Of a stretch of 64,000 bases of DNA, positions 49,973 to 59,997 are shown in pieces. The notes below the pieces were generated by a model. It saw nothing but the letters and a program-made list of their open reading frames with translations. It had not been told where the DNA came from and made no database searches. A program made the translations under genes and the position numbers. The DNA lies in contig CAWCUS010000001.1 of assembly GCA_963798845.1 (NCBI GenBank), positions 192,001-256,000 of the forward strand, given 5' to 3'. How positions within the stretch are numbered: the first letter of the stretch is position 1; each line of letters begins with the position of its first letter. This stretch comes from an uncultured Gemmatimonadales bacterium (GTDB lineage Bacteria > Gemmatimonadota > Gemmatimonadetes > Longimicrobiales > RSA9).

Positions 49973-52179
49973 GCCGACAGTTGCCGGCCGGGCTCGAAGA
50001 GGTCGGCATGAAGGAGGCGGTGGGCTACGCCACGATCGCCTGCCGTGGCGAGTCGGGGCTCGGGAACTCGCTGACGCTGAAGCAGGATCGTCTCTTCCTG
50101 GTGGCCGCCGAGCGGGGCGACATCGCGCCGCCGGGGCACTGCGGGTCCGGGCTGTTCCAGGATGATACGCGGTTCCTGAGCCATTACGCGCTTCGGGTGT
50201 CCGGCGGGACTGCATCACTGCTGTCGTCGCACGCGGGGTCCACCTACAGCGCGCAGATCGATCTGGCGGTGACGGACCGGGAGTTCGGGGGCGAGGATCC
50301 ACGGGCCAACCGCAACAGCGTGCACATCCGGCGAGAGATGGTGCTGAGCGACAGGCTGACGGAGCGCGTGACGCTGACCAACTACCTGACTCACGCCATA
50401 GACTACTGGGTCGAGCTCGCCACGGGAGTCGATTTCGCCGACATCTTCGAGGTGCGCGGCTGGCACAGGGACGTCCGCGGCCAGTTCTACGCACCGGTCG
50501 CCGGGCCGGAGGGGATCGACTACTGGTACAGAGGCACGGATGGCCTGCTGCTCCGGACTCGCGTTCGTTTCGCGACGGCACCCGACGCTGCCGGTCCGCA
50601 CGTTTCCCGATGGACGATGCGACTGGAGCCGGGGGAACCCCGGTCGCTGGAATGGGAGGTCCTCCCGGGTTTCGACCCTGACGACCGCACCGCGCAGCTG
50701 GGCGGGGACCTCGACGCCCGCGTCGCGCCGCTCGCCCGAAGCTACGACCGCTGGCGTGACGAGTGCACGCTGTGGCACAGCAATGTCGAAGCGTTCAACG
50801 CGACCGTCGACCAGGCCGTGGTCGACCTTCGCGCACTCTACGTGGAGGCGGACGGAACCGAGGTGATCTCGGCGGGCATCCCGTGGTACTCCACCGCGTT
50901 CGGCCGGGACTCGATCATCACGTCCTTGCAGACCCTTTCCGTCAACCCCCGCATCGCCTACGACACGCTCCGCTACCTCGCTCTATATCAGGGCGAACGG
51001 GAGGATGATTTCACGGAGGAGCAGCCGGGCCGGATCATGCACGAGATCCGGCGCGGCGAGATGGCCCGCAGCGGCGAGATCCCTCACGTCCCCTACTACG
51101 GCACTGTCAATGCGACGCCGCTCTGGCTCATTCTGCTGCACGAGACCTGGCGGTGGACCGGCAACGCCGAACTCGTGCGAGACCTGCTTCCCCAGGCCCG
51201 CCGGGCGCTCGACTGGATCGACCGCTACGGCGACCTCGATGGGGACGGACTCGTGGAATACGCCGGTCAGGCCGGCAAGGGGCTCGTCAACCAGGGATGG
51301 AAGGACTCCGGGGATGGCGTGCCCTTCCCGGACGGCACGCTCCCGGAGCCCCCGATCGCGCTGGTCGAGGTGCAGGGATACGTCCACGACGCCAAGGTGA
51401 GGACGGCGCAGCTTTTCGAGGCCTTCGGTCAGCAGGACGATGCGGACCGGGTGCGCGAGGAAGCGGCGGCGCTCCGCGACCGGATCCTGGCCCTATTCTG
51501 GGTGGAGGAACTGGGCACGTTCGCGCTGGCGCTGGATGGCCAGAAGCGACCCGTGCCCACCGTGACGAGCAACGCAGGGCACCTGCTCTGGAGCCGGGTT
51601 CCCACGCCGGAGCAGGCCACCCGCATGGCCCAGCTGTTCGGGGGCCCCGACATGTTCTCGGGATGGGGACTCCGGACGCTGAGCGCGGCGCACCCCGTGT
51701 TCAACCCGATGAGCTATCACAACGGCTCGATCTGGCCGCACGACAACGCGCTCGTCGGCCTGGGGCTCTCCCTGAGCGGGCACAAGAGCAGCGCGCTCCG
51801 CATCCTCACGGCGCTGCACCAGGCCGCCACCGGGCTCCGCTATCACCGGCTCCCCGAGCTGTTCTGCGGCATGGACCGCGGCCACGGCGAGGGTCCCGTC
51901 CTCTACCCCGTCAGCTGCTCTCCGCAGGCCTGGGCCGCCGGATCCCTGTTCATGCTGCTCCAGGCGGCGACCGGGATCCTGCCGGACGGCCCGGCCGGCG
52001 AGCTGCACATCCGGGACCCGCTTCTTCCCCTCTTCCTCGACACCCTTACGGTCACCGGGCTCCACGTCGGCCGCTCCCGCGTGACGCTCCAGTTCAGACG
52101 ACGGGGATCACGGACGCTCGCGAACCTGCTGGCCGTCGAGGGCGACCCGCTCCAGGTGAGGATCGAGCTGTCCAGCTGA
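49969..52179 (+). CDS. Amylo-alpha-1,6-glucosidase/glycogen debranching-like protein (GH133 with N-terminal domain)
   Basis: DFADIFEVRG, AGIPWYSTAFGRDS, NQGWKDSGD, YHNGSIWPHDN, LPELFCG, CSPQAWA. ATGA overlap with the GT4 gene. Confidence 0.92.
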   Translation: MSRQLPAGLEEVGMKEAVGYATIACRGESGLGNSLTLKQDRLFLVAAERGDIAPPGHCGSGLFQDDTRFLSHYALRVSGGTASLLSSHAGSTYSAQIDLAVTDREFGGEDPRANRNSVHIRREMVLSDRLTERVTLTNYLTHAIDYWVELATGVDFADIFEVRGWHRDVRGQFYAPVAGPEGIDYWYRGTDGLLLRTRVRFATAPDAAGPHVSRWTMRLEPGEPRSLEWEVLPGFDPDDRTAQLGGDLDARVAPLARSYDRWRDECTLWHSNVEAFNATVDQAVVDLRALYVEADGTEVISAGIPWYSTAFGRDSIITSLQTLSVNPRIAYDTLRYLALYQGEREDDFTEEQPGRIMHEIRRGEMARSGEIPHVPYYGTVNATPLWLILLHETWRWTGNAELVRDLLPQARRALDWIDRYGDLDGDGLVEYAGQAGKGLVNQGWKDSGDGVPFPDGTLPEPPIALVEVQGYVHDAKVRTAQLFEAFGQQDDADRVREEAAALRDRILALFWVEELGTFALALDGQKRPVPTVTSNAGHLLWSRVPTPEQATRMAQLFGGPDMFSGWGLRTLSAAHPVFNPMSYHNGSIWPHDNALVGLGLSLSGHKSSALRILTALHQAATGLRYHRLPELFCGMDRGHGEGPVLYPVSCSPQAWAAGSLFMLLQAATGILPDGPAGELHIRDPLLPLFLDTLTVTGLHVGRSRVTLQFRRRGSRTLANLLAVEGDPLQVRIELSS

Positions 52180-52246
52180 GATGGCATGGGCCGACCGCGG
52201 CAACGGTCCGGGGCCCTGTCCGCGGGTGTCCTTCCCGTGTCTTCCG

Positions 52247-52271
52247 GGAACCGGTTCGTCACAAGACCGTT
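52247..52271 (+). promoter_or_regulatory. Putative ECF sigma promoter
   Basis: GGAAC-N16-CGTT, about 60 nt upstream of the ADOP permease start. Confidence 0.4.
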
Positions 52272-52329
52272 GATCGCGTGCGTGCACGGCCGGAAGTTGG
52301 GTGAGGGCCCCCCCACGCACGGAGACGCA

Positions 52330-54750
52330 TTGTTCCTCGATCGCGCGCGCCAGGACACCCGCCACGCCCTCCGCTCGCTGCGAAGGAACCCCGGCTTCAC
52401 CGCCGTGGTCATCCTCACGCTCGCGGTAGGGGTCGCGGCCAGCGTGACCGTCTTCAGCGTCCTGAACCCGTACCTGCTGCGTCCGCTCCCGTACGGGGCC
52501 CCCGACCGGCTGCTCCAGGTGGAGCAGGTGGACCCCGCGACCGGTGAAGACCGCGCCCGCTTCTCGCTGCCCCAATGGGCCGACTGGCGCGAGCGCAGTG
52601 CGGCGTTCCGCGACCTGGCGGCGTACCGCTACACCACGGTGAACGTGACCGGTACGACGCGGGCCGAGCGGGTCCTGGCTGGCTTCACGACCGGGAACCT
52701 CTTCGCCGTCCTGGGCGTGACACCGGAGCTCGGGCGCGCCTACAGCGAGGCCGACCAGGGGCCCGGCGCCGAGCCGGTGGTGGTCCTGTCGCACGCGCTC
52801 TGGGCCGCTCGTTACGGCGCCGATCCGGCGATCATCGGGCGACCGGTGCGCGTCGACGGCGCCGTCCACACCGTGGTCGGCGTGATGCCGCCGGAGTTCA
52901 ACTTTCCGTGGAACGAAGTGCGGATGTGGGTGCCGCTCAGGGAGGCGCCCGCGTCCGTGGCCCGCGACCACCGGAGCCTGATCCTGGTGGGGCGCCTGAG
53001 CCCGGGAGTCCGGCACGAGGCGGCGCGCGAGGAGCTGCTGGCCATCCAGCGCGAACTCGGCGAGCGCTACCCGGACGTCGACGGCCAGTACAGGGGCGTG
53101 ACCGTGCGACCGCTCCGTGAGGCGCTGAACTTCGCATGGCCTGTCGTGCGCGTGGGCCTCACCCTGCTCCTGGCCGCCGTGGCCAGCCTGCTGCTGATCG
53201 CCTGCGTGAACGTGGCCAGCCTCACTCTCGCCCGGGCTACCACGCGCTCCCGCGAGGCGGCCGTGCGCCGCGCACTCGGCGCGGGCTCCCGCCGTCTCGT
53301 GGCCCAGCTGCTCACGGAAAGCGCGGTTCTCGCCGCCGTGGCCGGCACGCTCGGCGTCGCCCTGGCCTGGCTCGCCATGCGGGCTCTCGCCCCCGCGCTC
53401 CCGGAAGCGCTCTTCCGAGTCGGCACCACCACCCTCGACTGGCGCGTGCTCGCGTTCGCCGTGGCCGTGGCCGCGCTCACACCTCTCGCCTTCGGCCTCG
53501 CGCCCGCGCTCGCCACCTCCCGGATCCCTCCCGCGGACGCCATGCGCGGCACCGGCCGGGGGAGCGGAGGGCGCCGGAGCATGCGCGCCCGACGAGCGCT
53601 GGTTTCGATCGAGGTCGCCCTGGCGGTCACCCTAGTGACGCTCGCATCGCTCCTGTTCCGCAGCTTCGCCGCCGTGCACGCCGTGGACCTCGGCTTCGAT
53701 GCTTCGACGATGGTCGTGCTGGAGGTGGCTCCGCCGGCCAGCGGCTACGCCAATGCGGACGCGCTCCGCACGTACTATGACCGCGCGCTCTCCGCCGTGG
53801 CGGCCGTGCCGGGCGTCACCGCTGCCGGGTTCACGGACCCGCTGCCGTTGAACCACGAGACGTTCACGGTCGCCTACGACGCCGGCGAGCGAATCGATCC
53901 GGATCGGGCGGACCGCGCCACGTACTCCCGTGTGAGCGCGGGGTACTTCACTGCGTCGGGGATCCGGCTCCTGGAGGGCGCCGGTCTCGAGGTGCTGGAC
54001 AGTCGCGACGGGGGTGCCGCGGTGATCGTGAGCCGCGCGCTGGCCGAGCGGGCCTGGCCCGGCTCGAGCGCGCTCGGACGGCGAGTCCGGTTCAGAGCGG
54101 GCGACGCGGCGGTGGATGCGACGGTCGTCGGCGTGGCCGAGGACATTCGCTGGCGCGACATCACCAGCGCCCCCGGACCCCACATCTACCGCGCCATGGC
54201 CCAATCGCCGGCACGCCGGCGCTTCATCATTGCCCGGGCCGCAGCGCCGACGGGCCCCGTGGCGCGGGCGGTGGCCTCGACGGTCGGGGCGCTCGACCCG
54301 GACGTGCCGGTGACGGTCCGGCCCATGACGGAGATCGTGCGAGAGAACGACTTCCAGTGGGCGCTCAGCTCCATCGCTGTGGGCGCATTCGGCGCTGTCG
54401 CGCTGCTGCTCGCGTCCATGGGGATCTACGGCGTGATCGCCTTCTCCGTGGCGCGGCGCAGGAGGGAGCTCGGGATACGGGCTGCCGTGGGCGCCACGGC
54501 CGGCCAGATCCGAAGCCTCGTCGTGCGCGACGGCGTACGCCTCGCCGCCTACGGGGTGGTCGCGGGGGCGCTCCTGGCTCTGGCCGCCGGGCGCCTCGTC
54601 GCCGGGTTCCTCTACGGCGTCCCCGCCGCCGATCCGGTCACCTTCGTGGGGGTCATCGCGCTGTTCGTACTGGTGGCCGCGACCGCCAGCCTGCTCCCGG
54701 CGCGCCGGGCGGCGCGGCTCGATCCGCAGGCGGTGCTTCGGGAGGAGTGA
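52330..54750 (+). CDS. ADOP-type duplicated orphan ABC permease
   Basis: QDTRHALRSLRRNPGF, LLLIACVNVA, GIYGVIAFSV..RRRELGIR, PARRAARLDP. Two MacB_PCD/FtsX halves; TTG start after GGAGA. Confidence 0.9.
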   Translation: MFLDRARQDTRHALRSLRRNPGFTAVVILTLAVGVAASVTVFSVLNPYLLRPLPYGAPDRLLQVEQVDPATGEDRARFSLPQWADWRERSAAFRDLAAYRYTTVNVTGTTRAERVLAGFTTGNLFAVLGVTPELGRAYSEADQGPGAEPVVVLSHALWAARYGADPAIIGRPVRVDGAVHTVVGVMPPEFNFPWNEVRMWVPLREAPASVARDHRSLILVGRLSPGVRHEAAREELLAIQRELGERYPDVDGQYRGVTVRPLREALNFAWPVVRVGLTLLLAAVASLLLIACVNVASLTLARATTRSREAAVRRALGAGSRRLVAQLLTESAVLAAVAGTLGVALAWLAMRALAPALPEALFRVGTTTLDWRVLAFAVAVAALTPLAFGLAPALATSRIPPADAMRGTGRGSGGRRSMRARRALVSIEVALAVTLVTLASLLFRSFAAVHAVDLGFDASTMVVLEVAPPASGYANADALRTYYDRALSAVAAVPGVTAAGFTDPLPLNHETFTVAYDAGERIDPDRADRATYSRVSAGYFTASGIRLLEGAGLEVLDSRDGGAAVIVSRALAERAWPGSSALGRRVRFRAGDAAVDATVVGVAEDIRWRDITSAPGPHIYRAMAQSPARRRFIIARAAAPTGPVARAVASTVGALDPDVPVTVRPMTEIVRENDFQWALSSIAVGAFGAVALLLASMGIYGVIAFSVARRRRELGIRAAVGATAGQIRSLVVRDGVRLAAYGVVAGALLALAAGRLVAGFLYGVPAADPVTFVGVIALFVLVAATASLLPARRAARLDPQAVLREE

Positions 54751-54756
54751 GGCGGT

Positions 54757-55776
54757 TCACGACGGGCCCCGCGGGCGGCGCGGGCGGCCGCGACGCCGGG
54801 GCGTGGCTCGAGCCGTCGTCGCCGGAGCGGTCCGCGTGAGGACCACCCCCACGCCCCCGAATGCGCCGTCGAGCGCCGCGGCGGCCGAGCGCGCAGTGGC
54901 TTCGTCGTCGAAGACGCCGAACACGGTCGAGCCGCTCCCGGCCAGCAGCGCGATCCTCGCGCCTTTCCCGCGCAGCAGGTCGCGAAGCTCTCGCAGGAAC
55001 GGGTAACGGTGGAACAGCGCGGGCTCGAAGTCGTTCTTCGCCCGACCCTCGATCTCGTTCCATGCCAGGGACTCCGGCACCCGGCTGACCGGAGGCCCCG
55101 CCCCCACCGAGGGCCCGCCGCGCCCGTCGTCGCCCGCCCCGTCCTCCTGCATCCCGGCGCCGCGCCGGTCGGGCTCCGCCGCGCCCCGCGCCTCGTCCAG
55201 CCAGGCGTACGCCGCCGGCGTCGGGACGTGGACGGGCGGGAGCGCCAGCACCACGGGGCGGGATTCCGGGGGAGCCAGCTGCATCAGCCGGTCCCCGCGG
55301 CCGGTCCCGACGGCGAGCGGGGCGCCGGAAACGAAAAAGGGGATGTCGCTCCCGAGTTTCCGGGCCACCTGCAGCAGGGCCGCGCCGTCCAATCGGCCGC
55401 GCCACAGGCGCGCCATGGCGAGGAGGGTGGCGGCGGCGTCGCTGGACCCGCCGCCCAGCCCGGCGCCCGTCGGGATGCGCTTTGTAAGGGCGATCTCCAC
55501 ACCCGCCGGCGTCCCGGCCGCCCGGGCGAACGCGGACGCGGCCCGCAAGGCCAGGTTCCTCTCCGGCGGCCCCATGTCCGGCAGCGCGGTGAGCGGGGCG
55601 GCGAAGCCTGGGCGGAGCTCGGCGGCGGGAAGGTCGGGTCGCTGCCGGACGGTGACCTCATCGCCCAGCTCCAGGGCGCAGTAGAGGGTGTCCAGCGGAT
55701 GGTAGCCGTCCGCTCCGACCGCGCCGATCCGCAGCCAGAGGTTGACCTTGGCCGCGGCAGGGACCGTGACGGTCAT
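54757..55776 (-). CDS. ispE: 4-diphosphocytidyl-2-C-methyl-D-erythritol kinase
   Basis: AKVNLWL, GYHPLDT, KRIPTGAGLGGGSSDAA, LGSDIPFF, GSGSTVFG. Confidence 0.95.
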   Translation of the reverse strand: MTVTVPAAAKVNLWLRIGAVGADGYHPLDTLYCALELGDEVTVRQRPDLPAAELRPGFAAPLTALPDMGPPERNLALRAASAFARAAGTPAGVEIALTKRIPTGAGLGGGSSDAAATLLAMARLWRGRLDGAALLQVARKLGSDIPFFVSGAPLAVGTGRGDRLMQLAPPESRPVVLALPPVHVPTPAAYAWLDEARGAAEPDRRGAGMQEDGAGDDGRGGPSVGAGPPVSRVPESLAWNEIEGRAKNDFEPALFHRYPFLRELRDLLRGKGARIALLAGSGSTVFGVFDDEATARSAAAALDGAFGGVGVVLTRTAPATTARATPRRRGRPRRPRGPS

Positions 55777-56876
55777 GGCTTCGAGAGCCCGGCCTCCGGC
55801 GACGTCGTCTCTTCCGACCTCGCCTCCACCGCCTCCTCGACGGCGATCTCGCTGCGGCCCATGTCCGACCACGACAGCCCGGCCCGCCACAGATAGTAGA
55901 GCCCGAGCGCGGTCACGGGGATGAACCCGGCCAGGTGGAGGCCCAGGGCGAACGCCACCGCGCGCGACGAGTCCACGCCCCACACCTGGACCAGTCCGAC
56001 GCGGGCCGCGGCCTCGAACACGCCGAAGAAGCCCGGCGCCGAGGGCAGCGACACCGCGAGCGCGATGATGGACTGAAGGAAAACCGCGGCGATGAACGGG
56101 GCATGAATCCCGAACGCGTGGAAGCCGATCCAGGTGGCCACGGCCACGTTGAGCCACAGCACGATCGACCACGCCAGAACCTGGAGCAGCAGCCGCCAGT
56201 CGCGCAGCGCAGCCGTCCCGTCGAGGAAGGCCGCCAGGGCGTCGATCACCAGTCGCCGCAGGCGGCGGGGGAGGATGCGGGCAACCGTGCGCTCGAACAC
56301 CCGCACGGACGTGGCGGGCCAGGTCGCCATCAGCAGCAGGACGACGAACCCCCCGGCGAGCACCGCGGCAGCGCCGGCCGCGATCGAGCCGAAGTCCTGA
56401 CCGGGCATCTCGGGGAAGCCCGGCCAGCCGAGCGCGATGAAGAGGAGCGCGACCACCATCAGCGCGTCGAAAAGCCGCTCCACCACGAGCGACCCGAACG
56501 CGGCGGACGCACGCACTGGCTCGAAGCGGGTGATGGCGTAAGCCCGCGCGAACTCCCCCACTCTGGCGGGGAGCAGGTTGTTCGCCATGAACCCGATGCA
56601 CGTGGCGGCGTAGCGCGGCCGGAAGCGAGTGCCGGGGAAGGCCGGGCGGAGCAGCGGGCGCCAGCGGAACGCGCGCAGCGGGAAGGGCAGCGTGAGAGCG
56701 ATGGAGGTGAGGATGAGCAGCGGTACGTTGGCCGCACGGATCTCGTGCCAGACCTCGGCCAGATCCACGTCCCGGAACGTGTACCAGAGGAGCACCAGGC
56801 TGAGCAGCACGCCCAGCACCCCTTTCCAATCGAGGAAAGGGCGCCGCCGGATCGGCGCGGCGCCGGCCGCCGTCAC
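55773..56876 (-). CDS. Lysylphosphatidylglycerol synthase TM-domain/flippase-like protein (UPF0104)
   Basis: RAFRWRPLL, ANNLLPARVGEFAR, VERLFD, PSAPGFFG. Confidence 0.88.
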   Translation of the reverse strand: MTAAGAAPIRRRPFLDWKGVLGVLLSLVLLWYTFRDVDLAEVWHEIRAANVPLLILTSIALTLPFPLRAFRWRPLLRPAFPGTRFRPRYAATCIGFMANNLLPARVGEFARAYAITRFEPVRASAAFGSLVVERLFDALMVVALLFIALGWPGFPEMPGQDFGSIAAGAAAVLAGGFVVLLLMATWPATSVRVFERTVARILPRRLRRLVIDALAAFLDGTAALRDWRLLLQVLAWSIVLWLNVAVATWIGFHAFGIHAPFIAAVFLQSIIALAVSLPSAPGFFGVFEAAARVGLVQVWGVDSSRAVAFALGLHLAGFIPVTALGLYYLWRAGLSWSDMGRSEIAVEEAVEARSEETTSPEAGLSKP

Positions 56877-57058
56877 TTCATCCCCAGCCGGATCAGGTCG
56901 AACAGCTCGTCGAGGATCGGGCCCACGGGCGCGTCGGAGACCAGCGCGTCCTCCAGCGCCGTGCGCAGGTCCAGCGCGCGCTGGAGGGCCGGGCCGGGGG
57001 CGTATTCGAGCGTGCCAATGTCCACCTCGGGGGACGGGTCAGGCTCCTTCGCTTCCAT
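56873..57058 (-). CDS. Small hypothetical protein (61 aa)
   Basis: AGAGGA SD, overlaps the next gene's start (GTGA), helical amphipathic sequence. Confidence 0.6.
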   Translation of the reverse strand: MEAKEPDPSPEVDIGTLEYAPGPALQRALDLRTALEDALVSDAPVGPILDELFDLIRLGMK

Positions 57059-57073
57059 GGACTGTCCTCTGCT

Positions 57074-57811
57074 TCAGCAATGACTCGACGGACGCGCGGC
57101 GGCAATGAGCGCCTTCATCTCACGGACGGCCGCCTCAATGCCGGTGAATACCGCGCGGCTGATCACGCTATGGCCAATGTTCAGCTCTTCCACCTCTTCG
57201 ATTCCGGCCACGGCGGCGGAGTTCTCGTACGTGAGCCCGTGACCGGCGTGCACGTCCAGCCCCAGCGAGCGACCGAGCGCCGCCGCACGACGCAGCCGGT
57301 CCAGCTCCGCGGATGCTCCCCGCCCCGGACGCCAGGCGTTGGCATACTCGCCCGTGTGCAGCTCGACGGCATCCACGCCCAGCTCCGCGGCACGCCGCAG
57401 CGTATCCGGATCCGGATCCACGAAGAGCGAGGAGCGGACGCAGGCCTCGCGCAGCCGCTCCAGCGCCGCCGCGAGACGGCTCGTGTCACCGGCGAGTGAC
57501 AGACCGCCCTCCGTCGTGACCTCCTCGCGACGCTCCGGCACCAGCGTCGCCGCCATCGGCTTCAACTCCTGGGCGAGCGCCACCATCTCGTCCGTCCCGG
57601 CCATCTCCAGGTTGACTCCGGTGCGCGCCGTTTCCATGAGCAGCCGCACGTCCCGATCCTGGATGTGGCGGCGGTCCTCGCGCAGGTGCACCGTGATCCC
57701 GTCCGCGCCGCCGAGCTCGGCCAGGACCGCGGCACGCACCGGGTCCGGCTCGTTCGTGCGACGGGCCTGCCGGACCGTGGCCACATGGTCAATGTTGATG
57801 TGGAGGCGCAT
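57074..57811 (-). CDS. pdxJ: Pyridoxine 5'-phosphate synthase
   Basis: [43 protein letters not shown]. Confidence 0.97.
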   Translation of the reverse strand: MRLHINIDHVATVRQARRTNEPDPVRAAVLAELGGADGITVHLREDRRHIQDRDVRLLMETARTGVNLEMAGTDEMVALAQELKPMAATLVPERREEVTTEGGLSLAGDTSRLAAALERLREACVRSSLFVDPDPDTLRRAAELGVDAVELHTGEYANAWRPGRGASAELDRLRRAAALGRSLGLDVHAGHGLTYENSAAVAGIEEVEELNIGHSVISRAVFTGIEAAVREMKALIAAARPSSHC

Positions 57812-58680
57812 TACTCGCCCAGGAGTGCTTCCAGCTGCTCCGCCCGCTCAGGATCGAGCCCGGCGCCGCGGGCGAGCTGAAGGGTTTCCAGCCCGACCGC
57901 GCAATATAGGCGTCGCTCCCGTCCCGACAACCGGGACAGGTGCAGCCTCACGGTGTCCAGGTCGCCCCGAGCCACCGGCCCGGTGAGGGCAGCGCCGAAG
58001 CCAAGCTGCTCCACGTTGTCCATGGTGCCGCGCATGAGTGGGAGCGCGGCGGCCACGGCCTCATCCTCGGGGATTCCCGCCTCCGCGAGCGTGCGGGCCA
58101 CCACGGCCGCCGCGGCCAGCACGTAATTGGAGGCGAAAACCGCCGCTGCATGGTACAGCGGGCGGAGCGTCGGCGGGATGACCAGGGCCCGCCCTTGCAG
58201 CGCATCCACGACCCGGCGGGCGGCCGTCAGGGCCGCGGGCTCCCCGGCCACCGCGTACGCGCACCCGACAAGGCGGTCGGCGCCGGACCACGGGTCCGCG
58301 ACGGTCTGCAACGGGTGGATGGAGCCCACCGTGTACCCGGCGGCGTGGAGCGGGGCGAGGACGTCCGTGGAGAGCGCGCCGGAAAGGTGGAGCGCCGCGC
58401 AACCGCCTGGGTGCGGACCGCCGAGCGCCACCTGGTTCGCCACCTCCGGCAGTGCGTCGTCGGGCACCGCCAGCAGGAGCACCGTGGTGTTGTCGGGCAC
58501 CGGACCGTACCCCATGCGGTACGACACGTGCTCGGCCGCGCCGTCGAAGAGCGGGTGCGGCGGCGCCTCCGGGGAGCGACCGAAGAAGACCAGGCTTTCC
58601 GCTTCCCGGGCATGATTCAGCGCCACCCCCAGCGCCAGGCCCATGCGGCCCGGCCCCACCACCGCAATCCGCTCGCTCAT
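57811..58680 (-). CDS. Rossmann-like/DUF2520 oxidoreductase (PanG-like ketopantoate reductase candidate)
   Basis: [43 protein letters not shown]. Confidence 0.88.
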   Translation of the reverse strand: MSERIAVVGPGRMGLALGVALNHAREAESLVFFGRSPEAPPHPLFDGAAEHVSYRMGYGPVPDNTTVLLLAVPDDALPEVANQVALGGPHPGGCAALHLSGALSTDVLAPLHAAGYTVGSIHPLQTVADPWSGADRLVGCAYAVAGEPAALTAARRVVDALQGRALVIPPTLRPLYHAAAVFASNYVLAAAAVVARTLAEAGIPEDEAVAAALPLMRGTMDNVEQLGFGAALTGPVARGDLDTVRLHLSRLSGRERRLYCAVGLETLQLARGAGLDPERAEQLEALLGE

Positions 58681-59975
58681 GCCGCCCCGTTGATCTGGAT
58701 CCCTTCGCGCTGGCGGAGCCGCCCCAGCGTTGGCTGCGGGATCCTGGCTCGCAGGTCGATGATCGTTCCGCGCTCCTCCCGGCTGATCACCTCTCCCTCC
58801 CGGTACACCGTGGCCAGGCTCTCGCCGTCGGCGGCCGGGATCAGCAGCTGCACTTCCGGCCGCTGGCTCCGTACCTGGCCCTCCAGCAGCTCGACGATCT
58901 CCCGCAGGCCGTCGCGCTCCACCGTGGAGGTGAAGACCGCCGGCTCGGCGAACATCGCCCGCGCGTTGGCCCGCAGCGCGGCCTCCTCGTCGTGCGTGAG
59001 CTGATCGACCTTGTTGAACACGAGGGCGAGGGGGACGTCATCGAGATCGAGATCGGTGAGGACGCCCTCCACCACCGTCTTCTGCTCCTCCCAGCGCGGG
59101 TGTGAGCCGTCAATGACGTGGAGCAGGACGTCGGCCTCCGAGGCCTCTTCCAGGGTAGCGCGGAACGACGCGACCAGGTGGTGTGGCAGCTTGCGGATGA
59201 AGCCGACCGTGTCCGTCACCAGCACCTTCGACCCCATGGGCAGCTCCACCTGCCGCGTGGCCGGATCGAGGGTGGCGAACAGCCGGTCCTCGATGAACAG
59301 CTCCGCACCCGAGAGCGACCTCAGCAGGCTGGATTTCCCCGCGTTCGTGTATCCGACCAGCGCCGCCTGGAACTCGCCCGACCGCCCCTTCCGCTGCGTC
59401 GCGCGGCGGCGTGCCACGATCTCCAGCTTGTCCCGCAGGTCGCTGATCCGCCGGCTGATGATCCGACGGTCGGTCTCCAGCTGCGTCTCGCCAGGACCTC
59501 GCAACCCGATTCCACCCCGGATCCGCGACAGGTGGGTCCACATCCGCTTGAGACGCGGGAGCAGGTACTCGAGCTGCGCCAGCTCCACCTGGAGCTGCGC
59601 CTCGTTCGTCCTTGCCCGCGTGGCGAAGATGTCCAGGATCAGCTCCGTCCTGTCCATGATCCGGACGTCCAGGAGGTCCTCCAGATTCTTGCCCTGCGCC
59701 GGCGTCAGCTCGTCGTCGAAGATCACGAGCGTCGCGCCACGGTCCCGCACCACCTGGCCCAGCTGCTTCGCCTTCCCTTCCCCGATGAAGTACCGCGGGT
59801 GCGGCGCCGAGAGCCTCTGGATCAGCACGGCTACGACGCTGGCGCCGGCCGTGTCGCTGAGCCGACCCAGCTCTTCCAGGTGCTCGTCCGCCTGCTCAGG
59901 CGATACTCCCGCCGTCGGTGCCCCCACCAGCACCGCGCACTCCTCAGGCGTTTCGAGCGAGATGATCTCTCTTAT
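58677..59975 (-). CDS. hflX: GTPase HflX (start probably ATA at 59975; alternative TTG at 59990)
   Basis: ILDIFATRA, GPGETQLETDRR, GYTNAGKSS, LFATLD, DTVGFI, NKVD. Confidence 0.95.
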   Translation of the reverse strand: MREIISLETPEECAVLVGAPTAGVSPEQADEHLEELGRLSDTAGASVVAVLIQRLSAPHPRYFIGEGKAKQLGQVVRDRGATLVIFDDELTPAQGKNLEDLLDVRIMDRTELILDIFATRARTNEAQLQVELAQLEYLLPRLKRMWTHLSRIRGGIGLRGPGETQLETDRRIISRRISDLRDKLEIVARRRATQRKGRSGEFQAALVGYTNAGKSSLLRSLSGAELFIEDRLFATLDPATRQVELPMGSKVLVTDTVGFIRKLPHHLVASFRATLEEASEADVLLHVIDGSHPRWEEQKTVVEGVLTDLDLDDVPLALVFNKVDQLTHDEEAALRANARAMFAEPAVFTSTVERDGLREIVELLEGQVRSQRPEVQLLIPAADGESLATVYREGEVISREERGTIIDLRARIPQPTLGRLRQREGIQINGAA

Positions 59976-59997
59976 GGATGCCTCCTCCAAATGACCG

